A stretch of DNA of 64,000 nucleotides from Bugula neritina (taxonomy: Eukaryota > Animalia > Bryozoa): the NCBI GenBank assembly GCA_964035545.1, contig OZ037767.1, forward strand, positions 17,886,259 through 17,950,258. Direction: 5' to 3'. Numbering within the stretch: position 1 is the stretch's first letter; each line of letters starts with the position of its first letter. Position numbers and translations under genes: made by a program. The notes beneath the pieces were generated by a model, which did no database searches, had not been told where the DNA came from, and was given only the letters and a program-made list of their open reading frames with translations. Shown here one piece after another: positions 22,301 to 40,300 of the stretch.

Positions 22301-25300
22301 CACTGAAACATACTGAAACATACTGAAACATACTGAAACATACTGAAATACACTGCAACATGCTGTAACATATTAAAGTACGCTGTAACATATTGAAATA
22401 CACTGCAACACATTGAAATATACCGCAACACACTGAAATATACTGCAACACATCCAAGTACATCGTATTATACGGACATGTACTGTAACATACTGAAACA
22501 TACTGAAACATACTGAAACAAATTGAAATATACTGTAACACACTGAATAATACTGCAAAATGCTGAAATTTACTGTAACACAGTGAAGTATACTGCAAAA
22601 TTCTGAAATATACTGCAACACACTGAGATATACTGAAAAACACTGAAATATACTTCAAACTACTGTAACATACTGAAATAGGCCTCAACATACTCAAATA
22701 AACTGCAAGATACTGCAACATACGTAAAGACACTGTAACATATTGAAATACACTGCAACATACTGTAACATACTGAAATACACTGAAAAATCTTGAATTA
22801 CACTGCATCAAATTGGAATATACTGCAATACGCTGAACTATACTGCAACAAACTGCAATATACTGCAACATACTGCAACATACTGAAATACACTGTAACA
22901 TACTGTAACATACTGAAATACACTGCAACAAACTGCAACATACTGAAGTACACTGTACATATTGAAAAACACTGCAACACACTGAAATATACTGCAACAC
23001 ACTGAAATACACTGCAAAATACTGAAATATACTTCAACATACTGCAACATACTGAAAGACACTACAACTAACTGAAAATAGCGCAATATACAGAAATGTA
23101 CTGTAACATACTGATATTTACTGTAACACACTTAAATATACTGCAACTAACTGAAATACACTGTAACATACCGAAATAAGCTGCAACATACTGCAACATA
23201 CTGAAACACACTGCAACATACTGAAACACACTGCAATATACTAAAATACACTGCAACATTCTGCAACAAACTTCAACATACTAAAATACACCGTAACATA
23301 ATGAAATACACTGCAACACATTGAAATATACTGCAACAAACTGAAATATACTGCAACATACTGAAATGTACTGTAACATACTGAAATACACTGCAACATA
23401 TCGAAGTCTATCGTAAAATACGGACATGTACTGTAACATACTGAAACACACTGAAACATACTGAAACATACTGAAACATACTGAAACATACTGAAATACA
23501 CTGCAACATGCTGCAACATACTGAATCACACTGTAACATATTGAAATACACTGCAACACATTGAAATATACCGCAACACACTGAAATATACTGCAACACA
23601 TCCAAGTACATTGTATTATACGGACATGTACTGTAACATACTGAAACATACTGAAACATACTGAAACATACTGAAACAAATTGAAATATACTGTAACACA
23701 CTGAATAATACAGCAAAATGCTGAAATTTAAGGTAACACAGTGAAGTATACTGCAAAATTCTTAAATATACTGTAACATACTGAAATAGGCCTCAACATA
23801 CTTAAATATCCTGCGAGACACTGCAACATACGTAAAGACACTGTAACATATTGAAATACACTGCAACATACTACAACATACTGAAGTACACTGTAAAATA
23901 TTGAAAAACACCGCAACACATTGGAATATACTGCAACACACTGAAATTTAGTGCAACATACTGAAATACACTGCAACATACTAAAATATACTGCAACATT
24001 CTGCAACATACTTCAACATACTGGAATACACTGTAACATAATGAAAGACACTACAACTAACTGAAGTATAGTGCAATATACAAATATGTACTGTAACATA
24101 CTTATATTTACTGTACCACACTTAAATATACTGCATCATACCGAAATAAGCTGCAACATACTGCAACATACTGAAATACACTGCAACATACTAAAATACA
24201 CTGCAACATACTAAAATACACTGCAACATTCTGCAACATACTTCAACATACTGAAATACACCGTAACATAATGACATACACTGCAACACATTGAAATATA
24301 CTGCAACAAACTGAAATGTACTGCAAAATACTGAAATACACTGCAACATATCAAAGTCTATCGTAATATACGGACATGTACTGTAACATACTGAAACACA
24401 CTGAAACATACTGAAACATACTGAAACATACTGCAACATACTGAAATACACTGTAACATACTGTAACATACTGAAATACACTGCAACAAACTGCAACATA
24501 CTGAAGTACCCTGTACATATTGAAAAACATTGCAACGCACTGAAATATACTGCAACACACTGAAATACACTGCAAAATACTGAAATATACTTCAACATAC
24601 TGCAACATACTGAAAGACACTACAACTAACTGAAGTATAGTGCAATATACAGAAATGTACTGTAACATACTGATATTTACTGTAACACACTTAAATATAG
24701 TGCAACACACTGAAATATACTGCAACATACTGAAATATACTGCAACATACTGCAACATACTGAAATACACTGTAACATACTGTAACATACTGAAATACAC
24801 TGTAACATACTGTAACATACTGAAATACACTGCAACAAACTGCAACATACTGAAGTACCCTGTACATATTGAAAAACATTGCAACGCACTGAAATATACT
24901 GCAACACACTGAAATACACTGCAAAATACTGAAATATACTTCAACATACTGCAACATACTGAAAGACACTACAACTAACTGAAGTATAGTGCAATATACA
25001 GAAATGTACTGTAACATACTGATATTTACTGTAACACACTTAAATATAGTGCAACACACTTAAATATACTGCAACATACTGAAATATACTGCAACATACT
25101 GCAACATACTGAAATACACTGTAACATACTGTAACATACTGAAATACACTGCAACAAACTGCAACATACTGAAGTACACTGTAAAATTATGAAATACACT
25201 GCAACACATTACAATATAGTGCAACACACTGAAATATACTGTAACATACCTAAATAAACTGCAGCATACTGCAACATACTGAAGTACACTGTAAAATTAT

Positions 25301-28300
25301 GAAATACACTGCAACACATTGGAATATAGTGCAACGCACTGAAATATACTGTAACATACCTAAATAACCTGCAACATTCTGCAACATACTTCAACATACT
25401 GAAATGCACTGTAACATAATTAAATACACTGCAACATACTGCAACATATTGAAGTACACTGTAAAATATTGAAATACACTGCAACACATTGGAATATACT
25501 GCAACACACTGAAATATACTGCAACATACTGAAATATACTGCAACATACTGCAACATACTGAAATACACTGTAACAAACTGAAATACACTGCAACACATT
25601 GGAATATTCTGCAACATACCCAAATAAATGGTAATATACTGGAATATACTGAAATACACTGTAACACATTGAAAAATACTGCAACATACTGAAATACACT
25701 GTAACATACTGAAATACACTGCAACATACTGAAATACCCTGCTACATACTGAAATATACTGCAGGATACTGCAACATACTGAAATACAGTGTAACATACT
25801 GAAAAACACTGCAACATACTGCATTATACTGATGTACACTGGAACATATTGAAATACACTGCAACAAATTGAAGTATACTGCAACACACTGAAACATACG
25901 GCAACATACTCAAATATACTGCAACATACTGAAATACACTGCAACATACTGCATTATACTGACATACACTGAAACATATTGAAAAACACTGCAACACATT
26001 GAAATATACTGCAACACACCGAAACATACGGCAACATACTGAAATATGCTGTAGCATACTGAAATACACTGCAACACACTGAAGTATACTGTAATATAGA
26101 GAAATGTACTGTAACAAACTGAAACATCTGTCAACATACTGAAATACACTGCCACATACTGAAATATACTGCAAGATACTGCAACATACTGAAATACAGT
26201 GTAACATACTGAAATACACTGCAACATACTGCATTATACTGACATACACTGGAACATATTGAAATACACTGCAACAAATTGAAGTATACTGCAACACACT
26301 GAAACATACGGCAACATACTCAAATATACTGCAACATACTGAAATACACTGCCACATACTGAAATATACAGCAACATACTGCAACATTCTTACATACGCT
26401 GTAACATACTGAAATACACTGCAACATACTACAACATATTGAAATACACTGCAACACATTGGAATATACTGCAACATACTGAACTATACTGCAAGATACT
26501 GCAATATACTGAAATACACTGTAACATACTGAAATACACAGCAACATACTGCATTATATTGACATACACTGAAACATACTGAAATACACTGCAACAAATT
26601 AAAGTATACTGCAACACACTGAAACATACGGCAACATGCTGTAATATACTGTCACACATTGAAAAACACTGCAAAATACTGAAAAATGCTGTAGCGCACT
26701 AAAATACACTGTAACATATTGAAATACACTGCAACATACTGCAACATACTGAAGTTCACTGTAAAATAATGAAATACACTGCAACACATTGGAATATACT
26801 GCAACACAGTGAAATATACTGCAACATGCTAGAATACACTGCAACATTCTGCAACATACTTCAACATACTGAAATACACTGTGACATAATAAAATACACT
26901 GCAACACATTGAAATATACTGCAAGAAACCCAAATATATGATAATATACTGAAATAGACTGCAACATACCGCAACATACTGAAAAACACTGTAACAAACT
27001 GAAATACGCTGCAACACATTTGAATATACTGCAACATACCCAAATAAATGGTAATATACTGAAATATACTGAAATACACTGTAACACATTGAAAAAAACT
27101 GCAACATACTTAAAGACACTACAACTCACTGAAGTATAGAGTAATATATGGAAATGTACTGTAACATACTGACATTTACTGCAACACACTGAAATATACT
27201 GCAACATACTGAAATACACTGTGACATACCAAAATAAACTGCAACATACTGCAACATACTGAAATACACTGTAACATAATGAAATACACTGCAACACATT
27301 GAAATATACTGCAACATACTGAAATGTACTGCAACATACTGAAATACACTGCAACATACTGCAACATACTGAAATACACTGTAACATACTGTAACATACT
27401 GAAATACACTGCAACAAACTGCAACATACTGAAGTACACTGTACATATTGAAAATCACTGCAACACACTGAAATATACTGCACCACACTGAAATATACTG
27501 CAAAATACTGAAATATATTTCAACATACTGCAACATACTGAAAGACACTACAACTAACTGAAGTATAGTGCAATATACATAAATGTACTGTAACATACTG
27601 AAATACACTGTAACATACCGAAATAAGCTGCAACATACTGCAACATACTGAAATACACTGCAACATACTAAAATACACTGCAACATACTAAAATACACTG
27701 CAACATTCTGCAACATACTTCAACACACTGAAATACACCGTAACATAATGAAATACACTGCAACACATTGAAATATAGTGCAACAAACTGAAAAATACTG
27801 CAACATACTGAAATGTACTGCAACATACTGAAATACACTGCAACATATCGAAGTATATCGTAATATACGGACATGTACTGTAACATACTGAAACACACTG
27901 AAACATACTGAAACATACTGAAACATACTGAAGCATAATGAAATACACTGCAACATGCTGTAACATATTAAAGTACGCTGTAACATATTGAAATACACTG
28001 CAACACATTGAAATATACCGCAACACACTAAAATATACTGCAACACATCCAAGTACATCGTATTATACGGACATGTACTGTAACATACTGAAACATACTG
28101 AAACATACTGAAACATACTGAAACAAATTGAAATATACTGTAACACACTGAATAATACTGCAAAATGCTGAAATTTACTGTAACACAGTGAAGTATACTG
28201 CAAAATTCTGAAATATACTGCAACACACTGAGATATACTGAAAAACACTGAAATATACTTCAAACTACTGTAACATACTGAAATAGGCCTCAACATACTC

Positions 28301-31300
28301 AAATAAACTGCAAGATACTGCAACATACGTAAAGACACTGTAACATATTGAAATACACTGCAACATACTGCAACATACTGAAGTTCACTGTAAAATATTG
28401 AAATACACTGCAACACACTGAAATCTACTGCAACACACTGAAATATACTGCAAAAATACTGAAATATACTTCAACATACTGCAACATACTGAAAGACACT
28501 ACAACTCACTGAAGTATAGTGCAATATACAGAAATGTGCTGTAACATACTGATATTTACTGTAACAAACTGAAATATGCTGCAACATACTGAAATGCACC
28601 GTAACATAGCGAAAAAAGCTGAAACATACTGCAACATACTGAAATACACTGTAACATACTAAAATACACTGCAACATACTAAAATACCCTGCAACATTTT
28701 GCAACATACTTCAACATACTGAAATACACTGTAACATAATAAAATACACTGCAACACATTGAAATATACTGCAACAAACCCAAATATAAGGTAATATACT
28801 GAAATATACTGCAACATACCGCAACATACTGAAATGTACTGCAACATACTGAAATACACTGCAACATATCGAAATATATCGTAATATACGGACATTTACT
28901 GTAACAAACTGAAACATACTGAAACATACTGAAATACACTGCAACATACTAAAATACACTGCAACATTCTGCAACATACTTCAACATACTGGAATACACT
29001 GTAACATAATGAAATACACGGCAACACATTGAAATATACCGCAACACACTGAAATCTACTGCAGCACATCCAAGTACATCGTAAAGTACGGACATGTACT
29101 GTAACATACTAAAACATACTGAAACATATTGAAACAAAATGAAATATACTGTAACACACTGAATAATACTGCAAAATACCGAATTATACTGTAACACAGT
29201 GAAGTATACTGCAAAATTCTGAAACATACTGTAACATACTGAAACATGAGCAATATACTGAAAAATGCCTCAACATACTCAAATACACTGCAAGAAACTG
29301 CAACATACGTGAATACACTGTAACATACTGAAATACACTGAAAAATCTTGAATTACACTGCAACAAATTGGAATATACTGCAATACGCTGAACTATACTG
29401 CAACAAACTGCAATATACTGCAACATACTGCAACACACTGAAATACACTGCAAAATACTGAAATATACTTCAACATACTGCAACATACTGAAAGACACTA
29501 CAACTAACTGAAGTATAGTGCAATATACAGAAATGTACTGTAACATACTGATATTTACTGTAACACACTTAAATATAGTGCAACACACTGAAATATACTG
29601 CAACATACTGAAATATACTGCAACATACTGCAACATACTGAAATACACTGTAACATACTGTAACATACTGAAATACACTGCAACAAACTGCAACATACTG
29701 AAGTACACTGTAAAATTATGAAATACACTGCAACACATTGGAATATAGTGCAACACACTGAAATATACTGTAACATACCTAAATAAACTGCAGCATACTG
29801 CAACATACTGAAGTACACTGTAAAATTATGAAATACACTGCAACACATTGGAATATAGTGCAACGCACTGAAATATACTGTAACATACCTAAATAACCTG
29901 CAACATTCTGCAACATACTTCAACATACTGAAATGCACTGTAACATAATTAAATACACTGCAACATACTGCAACATATTGAAGTACACTGTAAAATATTG
30001 AAATACACTGCAACACATTGGAATATACTGCAACACACTGAAATATACTGCAACATACTGAAATATACTGCAACATACTGCAACATAGTGAAATACACTG
30101 TAACAAACTGAAATACACTGCAACACATTGGAATATTCTGCAACATACCCAAATAAATGGTAATATACTGAAATATACTGATATACACTGTAACACATTG
30201 AAAAATACTGCAACATACTGAAATACACTGTAACATACTGAAATACACTGCAACATACTGAAATACCCTGCTACATACTGAAATATACTGCAGGATACTG
30301 CAACATACTGGAATACAGTGTAACATACTGAAATACACTGCAACATACTGCATTATACTGATGTACACTGGAACATATTGAAATACACTGCAACAAATTG
30401 AAGTATACTGCAACACACTGAAACATACGGCAACATACTCAAATATACTGCAACATACTGAAATACACTGCAACATACTGCATTATACTGACATACACTG
30501 AAACATATTGAAAAACACTGCAACACATTGAAATATACTGCAACACACCGAAACATACGGCAACATACTGAAATATGCTGTAGCATACTGAAATACACTG
30601 CAACACACTGAAGTATACTGTAATATAGAGAAATGTACTGTAACAAACTGAAACATTTGTCAACATACTGAAATACACTGCCACATACTGAAATATACTG
30701 CAAGATACTGCAACATACTGAAATACAGTGTAACATACTGAAATACACTGCAACATTCTGCAACATACTGAAATACACTGTAACATACTGAAATACACTG
30801 CAACATACTACAACATACTGAAATACACTGTAACATATTGAAATACACAGCAACACATTGAAATATACTGGAACACACTGAAACGCACGGCAACATGCTG
30901 AAATATACTGCGACACATTGCAATATACTGCAAGAAACTGCAACATACTGAAATACAGTGTAACATACTGAAATACGCTGCAACATACTGCATTATACTG
31001 ACATACACTGGAACATATTGAAATACACTGCAACAAATTGAAGTATACTGCAACACACTGAAACATACGGCAACATACTCAAATATACTGCAACATACTG
31101 AAATACACTGCAACATACTGCATTATACTGACATACACTGAAACATATTAAAATACACTGCAACGAATTGAAGTATACTGCAACACACTGAAACATACAG
31201 CAACATGCTGTAATATACTGTAACACATTGAAAAACACTGCAAAATACTGAAAAATGCTGTAGCGCACTAAAATACACTGTAACATATTGAAATACACTG

Positions 31301-34300
31301 CAACATACTGCAACATACTGAAGTTCACTGTAAAATAATGAAATACACTGCAACACATTGGAATATACTGCAACACAGTGAAATATACTGCAACATGCTA
31401 GAATACACTGCAACATTCTGCAACATACTTCAACATACTGAAATACACTGTGACATAATAAAATACACTGCAACACATTGAAATATACTGCAACAAACCC
31501 AAATATATGATAATATACTGAAATAGACTGCAACATACCGCAACATACTGAAAAACACTGTAACAAACTGAAATACGCTGCAACACATTTGAATATACTG
31601 CAACATACCCAAATAAATGGTAATATACTGAAATATACTGAAATACACTGTAACACATTGAAAAAAACTGCAACATACTTAAAGACACTACAACTCACTG
31701 AAGTATAGAGTAATATATGGAAATGTACTGTAACATACTGACATTTACTGCAACACACTGAAATATACTGCAACATACTGAAATACACTGTGACATACCA
31801 AAATAAACTGCAACATACTGCAACATACTGAAATACACTGTAACATAATGAAATACACTGCAACACATTGAAATATACTGCAACATACTGAAATGTACTG
31901 CAACATACTGAAATACACTGCAACATACTGCAACATACTGAAATACACTGTAACATACTGTAACATACTGAAATACACTGCAACAAACTGCAACATACTG
32001 AAGTACACTGTACATATTGAAAATCACTGCAACACACTGAAATATACTGCACCACACTGAAATATACTGCAAAATACTGAAATATATTTCAACATACTGC
32101 AACATACTGAAAGACACTACAACTAACTGAAGTATAGTGCAATATACAGAAATGTACTGTAACATACTGATATTTACTGTAACACACTTAAATATACTGC
32201 AACATACTGAAATACACTGTAACATACCGAAATAAGCTGCAACATACTGCAACATACTGAAATACACTGCAACATACTAAAATACACTGCAACATACTAA
32301 AATACACTGCAACATTCTGCAACATACTTCAACATACTGAAATACACCGTAACATAATGAAATACACTGCAACACATTGAAATATAGTGCAACAAACTGA
32401 AAAATACTGCAACATACTGAAATGTACTGCAACATACTGAAATACACTGCAACATATCGAAGTATATCGTAATATACGGACATGTACTGTAACATACTGA
32501 AACACACTGAAACATACTGAAACATACTGAAACATACTGAAACATACTGAAATACACTGCAACATGCTGTAACATATTAAAGTACGCTGTAACATATTGA
32601 AATACACTGCAACACATTGAAATATACCGCAACACACTGAAATATACTGCAACACATCCAAGTACATCGTATTATACGGACATGTACTGTAACATACTGA
32701 AACATACTGAAACATACTGAAACATACTGAAACAAATTGAAATATACTGTAACACACTGAATAATACTGCAAAATGCTGAAATTTACTGTAACACAGTGA
32801 AGTATACTGCAAAATTCTGAAATATACTGCAACACACTGAGATATACTGAAAAACACTGAAATATACTTCAAACTACTGTAACATACTGAAATAGGCCTC
32901 AACATACTCAAATAAACTGCAAGATACTGCAACATACGTAAAGACACTGTAACATATTGAAATACACTGCAACATACTGCAACATACTGAAGTTCACTGT
33001 AAAATATTGAAATACACTGCAACACACTGAAATCTACTGCAACACACTGAAATATACTGCAAAAATACTGAAATATACTTCAACATACTGCAACATACTG
33101 AAAGACACTACAACTCACTGAAGTATAGTGCAATATACAGAAATGTGCTGTAACATACTGATATTTACTGTAACAAACTGAAATATGCTGCAACATACTG
33201 AAATGCACCGTAACATAGCGAAAAAAGCTGAAACATACTGCAACATACTGAAATACACTGTAACATACTAAAATACACTGCAACATACTAAAATACCCTG
33301 CAACATTTTGCAACATACTTCAACATACTGAAATACACTGTAACATAATAAAATACACTGCAACACATTGAAATATACTGCAACAAACCCAAATATAAGG
33401 TAATATACTGAAATATACTGCAACATACCGCAACATACTGAAATGTACTGCAACATACTGAAATACACTGCAACATATCGAAATATATCGTAATATACGG
33501 ACATTTACTGTAACAAACTGAAACCTACTGAAACATACTGAAATACACTGCAACATACTAAAATACACTGCAACATTCTGCAACATACTTCAACATACTG
33601 GAATACACTGTAACATAATGTAATACACGGCAACACATTGAAATATACCGCAACACACTGAAATCTACTGCAGCACATCCAAGTACATCGTAAAGTACGG
33701 ACATGTACTGTAACATACTAAAACATACTGAAACATATTGAAACAAAATGAAATATACTGTAACACACTGAATAATACTGCAAAATACCGAATTATACTG
33801 TAACACAGTGAAGTATACTTCAAAATTCTGAAACATACTGTAACATACTGAAACATGAGCAATATACTGAAAAATGCCTCAACATACTCAAATACACTGC
33901 AAGAAACTGCAACATACGTGAATACACTGTAACATACTGAAATACACTGAAAAATCTTGAATTACACTGCATCAAATTGGAATATACTGCAATACGCTGA
34001 ACTATACTGCAACAAACTGCAATATACTGCAACATACTGCAACATACTGAAATACACTGTAACATACTGTAACATACTGAAATACACTGCAACAAACTGC
34101 AACATACTGAAGTACACTGTACATATTGAAAAACACTGCAACACACTGAAATATACTGCAACACACTGAAATACACTGCAAAATACTGAAATATACTTCA
34201 ACATACTGCAACATACTGAAAGACACTACAACTAACTGAAAATAGCGCAATATACAGAAATGTACTGTAACATACTGATATTTACTGTAACACACTTAAA

Positions 34301-37300
34301 TATACTGCAACTAACTGAAATACACTGTAACATACCGAAATAAGCTGCAACATACTGCAACATACTGAAACACACTGCAACATACTGAAACACACTGCAA
34401 TATACTAAAATACACTGCAACATTCTGCAACAAACTTCAACATACTAAAATACACCGTAACATAATGAAATACACTGCAACACATTGAAATATACTGCAA
34501 CAAACTGAAATATACTGCAACATACTGAAATGTACTGTAACATACTGAAATACACTGCAACATATTGAAGTCTATCGTAAAATACGGACATGTACTGTAA
34601 CATACTGAAACACACTGAAACATACTGAAACATACTGAAACATACTGAAACATACTGAAATACACTGCAACATGCTGCAACATACTGAATCACACTGTAA
34701 CATATTGAAATACACTGCAACACATTGAAATATACCGCAACACACTGAAATATACTGCAACACATCCAAGTACATTGTATTATACGGACATGTACTGTAA
34801 CATACTGAAACATACTGAAACATACTGAAACATACTGAAACAAATTGAAATATACTGTAACACACTGAATAATACAGCAAAATGCTGAAATTTAAGGTAA
34901 CACAGTGAAGTATACTGCAAAATTCTTAAATATACTGTAACATACTGAAATAGGCCTCAACATACTTAAATATCCTGCGAGACACTGCAACATACGTAAA
35001 GACACTGTAACATATTGAAATACACTGCAACATACTACAACATACTGAAGTACACTGTAAAATATTGAAAAACACTGCAACACATTGGAATATACTGCAA
35101 CACACTGAAATTTAGTGCAACATACTGAAATACACTGCAACATACTAAAATATACTGCAACATTCTGCAACATACTTCAACATACTGGAATACACTGTAA
35201 CATAATGAAAGACACTACAACTAACTGAAGTATAGTGCAATATACAAATATGTACTGTAACATACTCATATTTACTGTACCACACTTAAATATACTGCAT
35301 CATACCGAAATAAGCTGCAACATACTGCAACATACTGAAATACACTGCAACATACTAAAATACACTGCAACATACTAAAATACACTGCAACATTCTGCAA
35401 CATACTTCAACATACTGAAATACACCGTAACATAATGACATACACTGCAACACATTGAAATATACTGCAACAAACTGAAATGTACTGCAAAATACTGAAA
35501 TACACTGCAACATATCAAAGTCTATCGTAATATACGGACACGTACTGTAACATACTGAAACACACTGAAACATACTGAAACATACTGAAACATACTGCAA
35601 CATACTGAAATACACTGTAACATACTGTAACATACTGAAATACACTGCAACAAACTGCAACATACTGAAGTACCCTGTACATATTGAAAAACATTGCAAC
35701 GCACTGAAATATACTGCAACACACTGAAATACACTGCAAAATACTGAAATATACTTCAACATACTGCAACATACTGAAAGACACTACAACTAACTGAAGT
35801 ATAGTGCAATATACAGAAATGTACTGTAACATACTGATATTTACTGTAACACACTTAAATATAGTGCAACACACTGAAATATACTGCAACATACTGAAAT
35901 ATACTGCAACATACTGCAACATACTGAAATACACTGTAACATACTGTAACATACTGAAATACACTGCAACAAACTGCAACATACTGAAGTAAACTGTAAA
36001 ATTATGAAATACACTGCAACACATTGGAATATAGTGCAACACACTGAAATATACTGTAACATACCTAAATAAACTGCAGCATACTGCAACATACTGAAGT
36101 ACACTGTAAAATTATGAAATACACTGCAACACATTGGAATATAGTGCAACGCACTGAAATATACTGTAACATACCTAAATAACCTGCAACATTCTGCAAC
36201 ATACTGAAATACACTGTAACAAACTGAAATACACTGCAACACATTGGAATATTCTGCAACATACCCAAATAAATGGTAATATACTGAAATATACTGAAAT
36301 ACACTGTAACACATTGAAAAATACTGCAACATACTGAAATACACTGTAACATACTGAAATACACTGCAACATACTGAAATACCCTGCTACATACTGAAAT
36401 ATACTGCAGGATACTGCAACATACTGAAATACAGTGTAACATACTGAAATACACTGCAACATACTGCATTATACTGACGTACACTGGAACATATTGAAAT
36501 ACACTGCAACAAATTGAAGTATACTGCAACACACTGAAACATACGGCAACATACTCAAATATACTGCAACATACTGAAATACACTGCAACATACTGCATT
36601 ATACTGACATACACTGAAACATATTGAAAAACACTGCAACACATTGAAATATACTGCAACACACCGAAACATACGGCAACATACTGAAATATGCTGTAGC
36701 ATACTGAAATACACTGCAACACACTGAAGTATACTGTAATATAGAGAAATGTACTGTAACAAACTGAAACATCTGTTTACATACTGAAATACACTGCCAC
36801 ATACTGAAATATACAGCAACATACTGCAACATTCTTGCATACGCTGTAGCATACTGAAATACACTGCAACATACTACAACATTTTGAAATACACTGCAAC
36901 ACATTGGAATATACTGCAACATACTGAACTATACTGCAAGATACTGCAATATACTGAAATACACTGTAACATACTGAAATACACAGCAACATACTGCATC
37001 ATATTGACATACACTGAAACATATTGAAATACACTGCAACAAACTAAAGTATACTGCAACACACTGAAACATACGGCAACATACTGAAATACACTGTAAC
37101 ACATTGAAAAACCCTGCAACATTCTGCAACATACTGAAATACACTGTAACATACTGAAATACACTGCAACATACTACAACATACCGAAATACACTGTAAC
37201 ATATTGAAATACACAGCAACACATTGAAATATACTGGAACACACTGAAACGTACGGCAACATGCTGAAATATACTGCGACACATTGCAATATACTGCAAG

Positions 37301-40300
37301 ATACTGCAACATACTGAAATACAGTGTAACATACTGAAATACGCTGCAACATACTGCATTATACTGACATACACTGGAACATATTGAAATACACTGCAAC
37401 AAATTGAAGTATACTGCAACACACTGAAACATACGGCAACATACTCAAATATACTGCAACATACTGAAATACACTGCAACATACTGCATTATACTGACAT
37501 ACACTGAAACATATTAAAATACACTGCAACAAATTGAAGTATACTGCAACACACTGAAACATACAGCAACATGCTGTAATATACTGTAACACATTGAAAA
37601 ACACTGCAAAATACTGAAAAATGCTGTAGCGCACTAAAATACACTGTAACATATTGAAATGCACTGCAACACATTGAAATATACTGCAACACCTTGAAAT
37701 ATACTGCAACACACTGCAACTTACTGAAATACACTGTAACATACTGAAATACACTGCAAAATACTACAACATTCTGAAATAGACTCTAACATATTGAAAT
37801 ACACTGCAACACATTGAAATATATTGCAACATACCGAAATATATGGTAAACTACTGAAATATACTGTAACACACTGAAATACACTGCAACATACTCAAAT
37901 ATACTGCAACACATTGAAATATACTGCAACATACTGAATATAATGCACGATACTGCAACATACCGAAATACACTGTGACATACTGAGATACACTGCAACA
38001 TACTGCAACATACTGCAACACACGGAAGTTTGCTGTAACATATTGAAATGCACCGCAACATACTGAAATACACTGCAACTTATTGAAATATACTGCAACA
38101 TACCGAAATATATGGTAAACTACTGAAATATACTGTAACACATAGAAAAATACTGCAATATACTGAAATATACTGTAACACACTGAAATATACTGCAACA
38201 TACTGAAATACACTGTAACATACTGAAACATACTGCAACATACTGAAACACACTGCAACATACTACAACATATTGAAATACACTGCAACACACTGAAATA
38301 TACTGCAACATACCTAAAAATACGATAATATACTGAAATATACTGTAAAACATTGAAAAATACTGCAACATACTGGAGTATACTGCAAGATACCGCAACA
38401 TACTGAATTGCACTTTAACATACTGAAATACACTGCAACATACTGACTTATACTGACATACACTGGAACATATTGAAATACACTGCAACAAATTGAAGTA
38501 TACTGCAACACACTGAATTACGGTGTAACATATTGAAATACACTGCAATACATTGGAATATACTGCAACACACTGAAACATACTGCAACATACTGAAATA
38601 TACCGCAACATATCGAAGTATATGGTAATATTTGGACATGTACTGTAACGTACTGAAACATACTGAAACATACTAAAATATACTGGAACATACCGAAACA
38701 AACTGCAACATAATGAAATATACTGTACCACACTGGAATATACAGCAAAATACTGAAATATACTTCAACACACTGAAATATACCGCAACATATCGAAGTA
38801 TATCGTAATATAAGGACATGTACTGTAACATACTGAAACATACTGAAATATACTGAAACATACTAAAATATACTGGAACATACCGAAACACACTGCAGCA
38901 TAATGACATATACTGTACCACACTGAAATGTACGGCAAAATACTGAAATACACTGTAACATACTGAAACATACTGCAACATAGTGAAATACACTGCAACA
39001 TACTACAACATATTGAAATACACTGCAACACATTGAAATATACTGCAACATACCTAAATATACGATAATATACTGAAATATACTGTAACACATTGAAAAA
39101 TACTGCAACATACTGGAATATACTGCAAGATACTGCAACACACTGAAATACACTTTAACATACTGAAATACACTTCAACATACTGACTTATACTGACATA
39201 CACTGGAACATATTGAGATACACTGCAACAAATTAAAGTATACTGCAACACACTGAAACATACGGCAAATTGCTGAAATATACTGCGACACATTGAAATA
39301 TACTGCAACATACTGCAATATACTGGAATATAATGCAAGATACTGCAACATACTGAAATACACTGTGACATACTGAGATACACTGCAACATACTGCAACA
39401 TACTGCAACATACTGAAATACACTGTAACATATTGAAATACACTGCAATACATTGAAATATACTGCAACACACTGAAACATACTGCAACATACTGAAATT
39501 TACCGCAACATATCGAAGTATATCGTAATATACGGACATGTACTGTAACATACTGAAACATACTGAAACATACTAAAATATACTGGAACATACCGAAACA
39601 TACTGCAACATAATGAAATATACTGTACCACCAAATGTACTGTAACATATTGGAATATACTGTAACACACTGAAATATACTGCAACATATTGAAATACAC
39701 TGTAACATAATGAAATATACTGCAACATACTGCAACATACTGCAACATACTGAAATACACTGCAACATATCGAAGTCTATCGTAAAATACGGACATGTAC
39801 TGTAACATACTGAAACACACTGAAACATACTGAAACATACTGAAACATACTGAAATACACTGCAACATGCTGCAACATACTGAATCACACTGTAACATAT
39901 TGAAATACACTGCAACACATTGAAATATACCGCAACACACTGAAATATACTGCAACACATCCAAGTACATTGTATTATACGGACATGTACTGTAACATAC
40001 TGAAACATACTGAAACATACTGAATAATACAGCAAAATGCTGAAGTTTAAGGTAACACAGTGAAGTATACTGCAAAATTCTTAAATATACTGTAACATAC
40101 TGAAATAGGCCTCAACATACTTAAATATCCTGCAAGACACTGCAACATACGTAAAGACACTGTAACATATTCAAATACACTGCAACATACTACAACATAC
40201 TGAAGTACACTGTAAAATATTGAAAAACACTGCAACACATTGGAATATACTGCAACACACTGAAATTTACTGCAACATACTGAAATACACTGCAACATAC